A stretch of DNA of 10,092 nt from Nanobdellota archaeon (GCA_020697515.1 JAIXNB010000044.1:1-10092); one strand, 5' to 3'. Numbered from the stretch's first letter, positions 1 through 5,740 are shown. A program made the numbers and translations. The notes: generated by a model not told the origin, from the letters alone.

Positions 1-41
1 CGACAACTTTTTAATTATAATTATAGATACTAATTAAATGA

Positions 42-1481
42 ATGTCCGGTGTTTTGGTAATATATAACACTCTAACAAGAAAAAAGGAAGTATTTGAACC
101 AGTAGATCCACCATTTGTAAAAATATACCATTGTGGGATTACTCCATATTCTGAATCGCATGTGGGTCATTTGAGATCGGAAGTTGCTGTGGATACACTT
201 AGAAGAACTCTTAGATTCTTGGGATATATTGATATAGCAATAAGCAACTTTACAGATATAGATGATAAGATAATTAAGAAAGCTAAAGAAACGGATATGC
301 GATGGGATGAAATTCCAGAGAAATACATAAAATATCACTTAGAGGTTATTAAAGAGGTGGGAAATCTTCCATTTTATATAAATCCAAAAGTAACAGAGCA
401 CATTGGAGATATTGTGGAATTCGTGGGTGATTTGATAAAGAAAGATTATGCCTATAAAGGAGAGAAAGGTATATACTTTAAGGTAGATAAGTTTAAAGAT
501 TATGGTAAACTATCGAGGAGGAAGAATCCTGAAGCATGGGGACAGGAGTTAGATATTTTAGAGGATAAAATAAAACCATATGACTTTGCTTTATGGAAAT
601 TTAAAAAACCCGGTGAACCCTATTGGGAAACTGAGATAGGAGAAGGGAGACCCGGGTGGCATATAGAGTGTTCCACAATGTCTTCTAAGTATTTGGGTAT
701 ACAATTCGATATACATTCTGGCGGGCAGGATTTAATATTTCCTCATCACGAAAATGAAATTGCACAGTCTGAAGCTAGATTTAGAGTTAAACCATGGGTA
801 CGATATTGGTTTCATATCGGGTATGTAATGATTGATGGTGAGAAAATGAGCAAATCTCTTGGGAATATCATACCTGCTAAAGAGTTTGTAAACAAGATTG
901 GAGCAATGCCTGCAAGGTTCTATTTAATTTCAACACACTACAGGGAACCCTTAAATATAAAAGATAGTAGTATTATGCAAGCTAAGGAAAATTACCGGTA
1001 TATAACCTCTACTATAAAAACGATTGTTACAGCTTTAGACTCTTTAGATAGGACATACTATCTAAACAGGAGTGAAATAATATTATGGAGAAACCTATTA
1101 GAATATCATAAAAGATTCGTTGACGCGATTCTGAATGATATAGATACAACTACAGCTACATCAGTCCTGTTAGAAGCTACTAGGTTCATAAATAGAGAAA
1201 TAATACCATCAGAGAAATTTACTTTAGTATATTCCGCATATGAATTTTATAATATTGTTAACAACATATATGCGTGTTGGAATGATGTTATATATGGCAA
1301 TAGTAAGGGAACTTTACACACAAAACTCACAAATAAATTGATCGAACTACTGATAGAGATTCGAAAAGAACTGAGAAAACAAAAGAATTATGAACTAGCG
1401 GATAGAATTAGAAATACACTAAGAGAGCTTGGAATAAACCTTCTAGATAAAGGTTTGAAAACAGAGTGGAGATTCATATAA
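42..1481 (+). CDS. cysS: Cysteine--tRNA ligase (class I aminoacyl-tRNA synthetase)
   Basis: 479-aa ORF with an ATG start. It has the HIGH-type motif HVGH (SESHVGHLRS), KMSKS (GEKMSKSLGN), and the CysRS-typical blocks IYNTLTRKKE, GRPGWHIECS and FPHHENEIAQS. It is colinear with bacterial CysS as I remember it, down to the C-terminal W-R-x-x ending. Confidence 0.95.
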   Translation: MSGVLVIYNTLTRKKEVFEPVDPPFVKIYHCGITPYSESHVGHLRSEVAVDTLRRTLRFLGYIDIAISNFTDIDDKIIKKAKETDMRWDEIPEKYIKYHLEVIKEVGNLPFYINPKVTEHIGDIVEFVGDLIKKDYAYKGEKGIYFKVDKFKDYGKLSRRKNPEAWGQELDILEDKIKPYDFALWKFKKPGEPYWETEIGEGRPGWHIECSTMSSKYLGIQFDIHSGGQDLIFPHHENEIAQSEARFRVKPWVRYWFHIGYVMIDGEKMSKSLGNIIPAKEFVNKIGAMPARFYLISTHYREPLNIKDSSIMQAKENYRYITSTIKTIVTALDSLDRTYYLNRSEIILWRNLLEYHKRFVDAILNDIDTTTATSVLLEATRFINREIIPSEKFTLVYSAYEFYNIVNNIYACWNDVIYGNSKGTLHTKLTNKLIELLIEIRKELRKQKNYELADRIRNTLRELGINLLDKGLKTEWRFI

Positions 1482-2126
1482 TCCATAACTTCAGTAACTT
1501 ATTAACTTTTTTAAAAACTATGATCTTATAATTGATGGCTTTTTGTTCGTCTTTTATTAAATCATCTCTTTTAGTAGCGTAATATAACCCATTTATAGTG
1601 TTCTTTATCATAACCTAAGTTAAGTAATTATATATCTATTAAACACTGATAATTACCCCATTTTAGACTCCTGAATAGTAATGGCTTATTCTTTATTTTC
1701 TATTGACTGAAGAAGATATTAATATTAATTAGTACGCAATGTTATGCACTCCCAACCTTTAACTCATCTTGTCTCATTTATTTTTCTTTTTTTAAATTAG
1801 TAATCTCTTTTAACTGAACTATTATTTAAAGCCTTTCGTTTTGAGCCTTTTTCAAGCCAGGTTATTACAAATTCACTTTTCTTTAGAGTATTTATTATCA
1901 TATCCACGCTCTTTATTTCTTTCTCGTCTCTTTAACTCTTTTGTTTCTTTTCTCTCGATACTATAGATGATCTAACATAAATAGCTTTATCCAGTATAAA
2001 GAGATAGTTTTTTCAATATGAGTCTTTAATGGACATCCTTCTGTATGGAACATCTAATTTTGGTGAGTCTATGGAGATTGCAAAATGTAGCCAAAAGTTA
2101 TGATTTAGAGAGGATAATACTCATTT
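1482..2126 (-). other. ORF-poor AT-rich spacer with fragmented minus-strand reading frames (possible decayed gene or genes)
   Basis: No ORF of 64 aa or more on either strand across ~650 nt, in an otherwise tightly packed window. The plus strand is pyrimidine/T-rich (for example 1909-1967), so the minus strand reads as Lys/Glu/Arg-rich codons. Hand translation of the minus strand gives open stretches of 30-46 codons in all three frames, separated by stops. One is a 45-codon ATG ORF at about 1474-1611 (MIKNTINGLYYATKRDDLIKDEQKAINYKIIVFKKVNKLLKLWII). Confidence 0.25.
1507..1512 (+). terminator. Oligo-T tract 26 nt after the cysS stop (archaeal-type termination signal)
   Basis: T6 run (aacTTTTTTaaa) directly downstream of the stop at 1479-1481. 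Oligo-T is the known archaeal termination signal. Confidence 0.4.
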
Positions 2127-2130
2127 AAAA

Positions 2131-2187
2131 ATCTCAGCACTTTACCGGTTCTTCACTGTTCAGTTAGGGGTGGGATGTCATCAATAA
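2131..2187 (-). ncRNA. Box C/D sRNA (2'-O-methylation guide), candidate 1
   Basis: Minus strand 5'->3': uUGAUGA (C, 2178-2184), CAUCCCACCCCUAA (14 nt), CUGA (D', 2160-2163), ACA, GUGAAGA (C', 2150-2156), ACCGGUAAAGUG (12 nt, 2138-2149), CUGA (D, 2134-2137), then GA plus U5 (2127-2131). It is locally GC-rich relative to its flanks. The 14-nt C-to-D' spacer is longer than the usual ~12 nt. Confidence 0.6.
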
Positions 2188-2266
2188 TATATTAAGTTAG
2201 ATTAACATAAATTAATTTAATGTAGTGTAGGCTTTTGGCCAAATGATAGGACAATATCTACTCAGA

Positions 2267-2310
2267 TATATAAAGATTTTTACAACTGAAAGTCTCGTCC
2301 TTTAGAGCAG
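2267..2310 (+). repeat. Conserved module copy 1: TATA box, 5 nt, TTACAACTGAAAG, TCTCGTC, CTTTAGAGCAG
   Basis: Aligns in register with 3862-3905. TATATAAA vs TATATTTA, then a 5-nt gap, then an identical 13-mer. The next 18 nt differ only by four T/C transitions. Seen directly in the sequence. Confidence 0.7.
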
Positions 2311-2407
2311 AAGACCAACCCTGGGCCGAACGAAAGGAATGTTACCCTAACTCTCCCCACTCCCTCTAGAATCTTCACACTTTATGGTGTGAGGAAGGTC
2401 AGCGCTA
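2297..2407. ncRNA. GC-rich island: candidate structured RNA of unknown class, or a structured long leader of rps13
   Basis: 83 of 170 nt are G+C by hand count over 2291-2460, against clearly AT-rich flanks, and there is no ORF. Local helices: CTTCACAC (2373-2380) / GTGTGAGG (2387-2394) with one G-U on the plus strand, and TTTAGAG (2301-2307) / CTCTAGA (2364-2370). The strand is not resolved. Confidence 0.3.
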
Positions 2408-2464
2408 CTAATCAGCGAAGTCTAGCTTCTTCATTCTTCGTCAGTGCCCGGTTTCATCATACAA
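2408..2464 (-). ncRNA. Box C/D sRNA, candidate 2
   Basis: Minus strand: guAUGAUGA (C, 2454-2460), AACCGGGCA, CUGA (D', 2441-2444), AUGAAGA (C', 2428-2434), AGCUAGACUUCG (12 nt, 2416-2427), CUGA (D, 2412-2415). An alternative reading is a 12-nt guide AACCGGGCACUG plus a degenerate D' ACGA at 2438-2441. A TATA-like AATTATTA sits about 26 nt upstream (2486-2493). Confidence 0.6.
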
Positions 2465-2470
2465 AAATAA

Positions 2471-2478
2471 ATTTAAAA
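2471..2478 (+). promoter_or_regulatory. TATA-like box for rps13 (leaderless spacing)
   Basis: ATTTAAAA is centred about 26-27 nt upstream of the ATG at 2502. The same spacing recurs at most genes in this window. TATA-like strings are common in AT-rich DNA, so this is only suggestive. Confidence 0.4.
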
Positions 2479-2501
2479 TATGTTCTAATAATTAAGACTT
2501 T

Positions 2502-2978
2502 ATGCCTGCTCAAAAAGTATTCGTACCTGAAGGAAGAGAAGTTAAAGATGTAGTACGTATAGCAGGAAAGGAGCTTAATGGACACAAACCTATTTATGTT
2601 GAACTAGTAAAGCTGCCTGGGGTGAATTGGAGATTTTCTCATGCGGTCTGCATAGTCCTTGGCATTAATAAGTGGCAGGCTTTAGGTTCATTGACGGAAG
2701 AGGAATTAGAGCGATTAGAAGATGCTTTAAAAAATCCAGAAAAATATGGAATCCCAAAATGGATGTTTAACAGACCTAGGGATCCACAGGATGGAACATA
2801 TAAACATCTTGTTGGGGCAGATTGGGAAATTCAGGTTAAGTTTGATATAAAAAGAGAGATGGAACTTGAAACCTGGAAGGGATTAAGACACAAACACGGA
2901 TTGCCTGTACGAGGGCAGAGAGTGAGATCTCATCATAGAAGATCCAAAAGACCTGTAGGAGTTCAAAGAAGAAGATAG
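2502..2978 (+). CDS. rps13: 30S ribosomal protein uS13 (S13p/S18e)
   Basis: 158-aa ORF with the archaeal uS13 pattern (VRIAGKELNG...) and a strongly basic C-terminus (GLRHKHGLPVRGQRVRSHHRRSKRPVGVQRRR). It lies directly upstream of uS4, as in the conserved S13-S4 cluster. Confidence 0.93.
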   Translation: MPAQKVFVPEGREVKDVVRIAGKELNGHKPIYVELVKLPGVNWRFSHAVCIVLGINKWQALGSLTEEELERLEDALKNPEKYGIPKWMFNRPRDPQDGTYKHLVGADWEIQVKFDIKREMELETWKGLRHKHGLPVRGQRVRSHHRRSKRPVGVQRRR

Positions 2979-2986
2979 GCTCATTA

Positions 2987-2996
2987 TTTGTTTTTT
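2987..2996 (+). terminator. Oligo-T tract after the rps13 stop
   Basis: TTTGTTTTTT begins 9 nt after the stop codon at 2976-2978. Confidence 0.4.
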
Positions 2997-3018
2997 ATTA
3001 TATTAAAACTTCTAAGTT

Positions 3019-3032
3019 TCTAGGTTCCTAGA
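3019..3032. promoter_or_regulatory. 14-bp palindrome TCTAGG-TT-CCTAGA inside a tandem TYCTARR array
   Basis: Perfect 6-bp arms. It is embedded in CTTCTAAG|TTTCTAGG|TTCCTAGA (3009-3032), followed by a second CTTCTAAG (3039-3046) and ATACTAGA (3051-3058). It lies between the rps13 terminator and the rps4 TATA box. Confidence 0.3.
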
Positions 3033-3077
3033 TATTTGCTTCTAAGATAAATACTAGATTTGATGAAATTTATAGAA

Positions 3078-3085
3078 TTTTAAAA
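3078..3085 (+). promoter_or_regulatory. TATA-like box for rps4 (leaderless spacing)
   Basis: TTTTAAAA is centred about 26 nt upstream of the ATG at 3108. Confidence 0.4.
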
Positions 3086-3107
3086 GATTTATCAAAAAAG
3101 TTACTTA

Positions 3108-3686
3108 ATGTGGAGACAAAAGAAAACCTGGGAAGGTCCTAATCACCCATGGAAAAAGGATAGATTAGAATTTGAGAAGGAGCTAATGAGATATTATGGT
3201 TTGAAAAACAAAAAGGAGCTATGGAAAGCTGCAACTATTGCCAGAAAAATAAGAAAATATGTTAGATATCTAAATGCTAAGAGAGCTGCAGGTTTTGATA
3301 TATCTGAAGAAGAGAAGAGGTTTAAACAGAAATTAGTGAAATATGGATTATTGAATCCAGATGACGAACTTACAATGGCTTTGAATATTACAGTAAAAGA
3401 GATATTAGAGAGAAGGTTACAAACTATTGTTTGGAGAAAAGGGTTAGCTAAAACATCTAAGCAAGCTAGACAACTCATAGTCCATAAACATATTGTAGTT
3501 GGAGATAGAGTGATAACTTCTCCAGGATATCTTGTTAAAAAGGAAGAAGAAGATTTGGTTAAATACCACCCATACTCACCCTTAGCAAGTCCTGAACACC
3601 CATTAAGAAAGTTTATTGAAGGTAAAATAGAGAATATTACTCAGGAGGAGCAATCTGAACAAGCTGAAGTAGTTTCAGAGCAATAA
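3108..3686 (+). CDS. rps4: 30S ribosomal protein uS4 (S4p/S9e)
   Basis: 192-aa ORF with the N-terminal GPNHPW block and an S4 RNA-binding domain (RRLQTIVWRKGLAKTSKQARQLIVHKHIVVGDRVITSPGYLV). It carries an acidic C-terminal tail. An in-frame TAA at 3081-3083 excludes a longer N-terminus. Confidence 0.93.
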   Translation: MWRQKKTWEGPNHPWKKDRLEFEKELMRYYGLKNKKELWKAATIARKIRKYVRYLNAKRAAGFDISEEEKRFKQKLVKYGLLNPDDELTMALNITVKEILERRLQTIVWRKGLAKTSKQARQLIVHKHIVVGDRVITSPGYLVKKEEEDLVKYHPYSPLASPEHPLRKFIEGKIENITQEEQSEQAEVVSEQ

Positions 3687-3691
3687 ATATC

Positions 3692-3697
3692 TTTTTT
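3692..3697 (+). terminator. Oligo-T tract after the rps4 stop
   Basis: T6 begins 6 nt after the stop at 3684-3686. A second candidate is the small hairpin AGATG-cta-CATCT plus T6 at 3753-3770. Confidence 0.4.
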
Positions 3698-3861
3698 ATT
3701 TATGACCATATCTATTGATTACTTTCGTTCCTAGAGATGATTATGATATTAAAGATGCTACATCTTTTTTACTAGGATTTATTAAAAAAGAGGAATGTGT
3801 TCGAGAAAACCCCAATATCCTAGTCTATTTCACTATCTCTCGGTTTTAATAATGATTAAAA

Positions 3862-3905
3862 TATATTTATATAGTTACAACTGAAAGCCCCGCCTTTTAG
3901 AGCAG
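3862..3905 (+). repeat. Conserved module copy 2: TATA box, 5 nt, TTACAACTGAAAG, CCCCGCC, TTTTAGAGCAG
   Basis: Same register as 2267-2310. It lies 115 nt upstream of the cbf5 ATG and upstream of the proximal cbf5 TATA box. Confidence 0.7.
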
Positions 3906-3989
3906 GGATAAGATCGGACTTTATGATAGTATACTTAACATAATTATAGTAGTTATTGCGCCTAAATCCAATCCTAGTTTCAAACCTAT

Positions 3990-3997
3990 TTTATAAA
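3990..3997 (+). promoter_or_regulatory. TATA-like box for cbf5-rnhB (leaderless spacing)
   Basis: TTTATAAA is centred about 26 nt upstream of the ATG at 4020. Confidence 0.45.
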
Positions 3998-4019
3998 TTA
4001 TTCTATTAGACACTCATAA

Positions 4020-5057
4020 ATGGTGTGTGTTTTACCAGAAGACCAAAAATGTTGGCTACCTTATGATAAAGAAGATTATGAAATATTAGTAAAACGGGAA
4101 GCTGAAACAGATTTGAGATACGGGTATGACCCATGGAAGAGACCAGTGGAGTATTTATTAGATTACTCGGTAATAAATTTGGATAAGCCCAAAGGTCCAA
4201 CATCCCACCAAGTTACCGCGTGGGTAAAACAAATTGTTGGAAAAAAAGCAGGACATGGCGGTACACTAGACCCAAAAGTTACAGGAGTTTTGCCAATAGG
4301 AATTGGTAGGGCTACAAAAGTTTTGCAACTATTTTTGACTGCAGGTAAGGAATATGTTGTCTGGATGCATCTACATAAGGAGATAGAACCAGAAAAAGTA
4401 ATAGCTGTTTTGGAAAAGTTTGAGGGAGAAATAATTCAAAAACCACCTTTAAAATCTGCAGTTAAAAAGAGACCAAGAAAGAAAAAAGTATACTGTATAA
4501 AAGTTTTAGAAATAGATGGTAAAGATTGGTTATTAAGAATTTCAACAGAGGCAGGGGTTTATATAAGGAAATTAATCCATGACATCGGCAGAGAATTAGG
4601 GATTGGGGCACATATGCAGCAATTAAGAAGGACTAGAGTAGGTGCTTTAGAAGAAGATTCAAATAAGTATCCATTAGTAACTCTGCAAGATGTTGTTGAT
4701 GCCTTATGGTTTTGGAAAAATGAAGAGAATGAAAAATACCTAAGAAAAGTATTTTTGCCTCCTGAAGTTGCTGCTGAACATTGGAAAAAAATCTGGGTAG
4801 TGGATACAGCTGTAGAGGCCTTGGTACATGGTGCAAATCTAACTGTTAGAGGTATATCAAAATTATATTCAAATATAAATCAGGGAGATTGGGTAGCCAT
4901 ATTCACCTTAAAAAATGAACTAGTCGGGATAGGTAAATCATTAATGTCTTCTAGTGAAATAATGGAGGCGGATAGAGGTATTGCAGTAGATATTGAAAGA
5001 GTATTTTTAAAGAAGGGATTTTATCCCAAAAAATGGAAAAGTAAGTCGAAAGAGTAA
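4020..5057 (+). CDS. cbf5: tRNA/rRNA pseudouridine synthase Cbf5 (H/ACA RNP catalytic subunit, TruB family)
   Basis: 345-aa ORF with INLDKPKGPTSHQV and the catalytic block GHGGTLDPKVTGVLPIGIGRATK (TruB-family Asp). It has a C-terminal PUA-type domain. The reading frame is uninterrupted, so there is no sign of the BHB intron known in some crenarchaeal cbf5 genes. Confidence 0.94.
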   Translation: MVCVLPEDQKCWLPYDKEDYEILVKREAETDLRYGYDPWKRPVEYLLDYSVINLDKPKGPTSHQVTAWVKQIVGKKAGHGGTLDPKVTGVLPIGIGRATKVLQLFLTAGKEYVVWMHLHKEIEPEKVIAVLEKFEGEIIQKPPLKSAVKKRPRKKKVYCIKVLEIDGKDWLLRISTEAGVYIRKLIHDIGRELGIGAHMQQLRRTRVGALEEDSNKYPLVTLQDVVDALWFWKNEENEKYLRKVFLPPEVAAEHWKKIWVVDTAVEALVHGANLTVRGISKLYSNINQGDWVAIFTLKNELVGIGKSLMSSSEIMEADRGIAVDIERVFLKKGFYPKKWKSKSKE

Positions 5058-5059
5058 AC

Positions 5060-5698
5060 ATGTTAATTGCGGGAATTGATGAAGCAGGGAGGGGCCCAGT
5101 AATAGGTCCAATGGTGATAGTAGGAATTGCTGTACAAAACACAAAGTTAAAATTACTGGAGGAATTGGGGGTGAAAGATTCCAAACAACTAAATTTTAAA
5201 GAAAGAGAAAATATTTATAATAGTATATTAAAAATATCAGATAAGTATTTAATCAAAATTATCTCTCCACAGAAAATAGATGAGTATGTATTTGGAAACA
5301 AGTTGAATATACTTGAGTTTGAAATTATGGCAGATATTATAAACGGGTTACAACCTGATATAGTTTACATTGATTCTCCATCAAGAAATACAAAAATGGT
5401 TACAGAATATATTTTTTCAAAAATAAATAATAGAAACATTAAAATAGTAGCTGAGAATAAGGCGGATTCTAAATATCCTGTGGTCTCCGCCTCCAGTATT
5501 GTTGCAAAAGTTATTAGAGATAGAGAAATTCAAAAAATAAAAAAACTAACTGGTATTGATTTCGGTTCTGGTTATCCTTCAGATCCTAAGACTAGAGAGG
5601 CTATTAGCAAATATTATAAAGAACTACAAAATTATATTAGAAAGTCTTGGAAGACCATAAGAGACGCAAAACAAAAAAATCTATTAGAGTTTATTTAA
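5060..5698 (+). CDS. rnhB: Ribonuclease HII
   Basis: 212-aa ORF with the N-terminal GIDEAGRGPVIGPMV motif and ...DSKYPVVSASSIVAKV..., typical of RNase HII. It starts 2 nt after the cbf5 stop, so the two are probably co-transcribed. Confidence 0.93.
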   Translation: MLIAGIDEAGRGPVIGPMVIVGIAVQNTKLKLLEELGVKDSKQLNFKERENIYNSILKISDKYLIKIISPQKIDEYVFGNKLNILEFEIMADIINGLQPDIVYIDSPSRNTKMVTEYIFSKINNRNIKIVAENKADSKYPVVSASSIVAKVIRDREIQKIKKLTGIDFGSGYPSDPKTREAISKYYKELQNYIRKSWKTIRDAKQKNLLEFI

Positions 5699-5717
5699 AC
5701 TTAGGATAAATTTTGAA

Positions 5718-5723
5718 TTTTTT
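5718..5723 (+). terminator. Oligo-T tract after the rnhB stop
   Basis: T6 lies 20 nt after the stop at 5696-5698. Confidence 0.35.
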
Positions 5724-5740
5724 AACATCTCAAATATATA

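Noticed and set aside
72-338. 88-aa minus-strand ORF
   Set aside because: It lies entirely antisense within the well-supported cysS gene. Its composition is Phe/Ile/Tyr-rich low complexity, typical of the antisense frame of AT-rich coding DNA.
2243-2289. AATGATAG...CTGA (and AATGATTA...CTGA at 3851-3884) as a C/D pair embracing the conserved module
   Set aside because: The spacing differs between the two copies (36 vs 22 nt). The C-like boxes are degenerate, and the would-be guides are almost pure A/T and include the TATA box.
2280-2310. The 31-nt element as a CRISPR repeat (contains ...CTGAAAG, like the 8-nt GAAAG-type handle)
   Set aside because: There are only two copies, 1,595 nt apart, with essential genes between them. 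There is no regular repeat-spacer array and no cas genes in the window.
2326-2347. CCGAACGAAAGGAAUGUUACCC resembles the 5S rRNA CGAAC...GGAAGUUAAGC segment
   Set aside because: I could not build helix I or II, and the helix II partner sequence is absent. The resemblance is limited to a few nucleotides.
2387-2402. GGUGUGAGGAAGGUCAG resembles RNase P RNA CR-I (GAGGAAAGUCC) preceded by a P3-like hairpin
   Set aside because: Only about 100 nt remain before rps13 and they contain the C/D sRNA on the other strand. There is no CR-IV or CR-V (ACAGAA...GGCUUA) and no P1 or P4 partner, so it is too small and in the wrong order for RNase P RNA.
3061-3066. TGATGA (box C-like) in the rps13-rps4 spacer
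   Set aside because: There is no CUGA at a suitable distance and no C' or D' box. The surrounding sequence is AT-rich and would give unstable guides.
3194-3478. 94-aa minus-strand ORF
   Set aside because: It lies antisense inside rps4 and shows no recognisable motif, so it is a shadow ORF.
2280-3940. tRNA genes, tRNA halves or an H/ACA sRNA in the GC-rich patches and next to cbf5
   Set aside because: There is no T-arm (GTTCRAAT-type) or D-arm pattern on either strand and no acceptor-stem pairing. Candidate ACA boxes (2377-2379, 2461-2463, 3938-3940) lack a properly spaced lower stem and pseudouridylation pocket.
4020-5057. Possible BHB intron in cbf5, as in some Crenarchaeota
   Set aside because: The reading frame is continuous and all conserved Cbf5 blocks are present in order, so there is no evidence of an intron.
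4006-5184. Three minus-strand ORFs (4006-4203, 4633-4836, 4951-5184)
   Set aside because: All are antisense to cbf5 or rnhB, which have strong family motifs. These are shadow ORFs.
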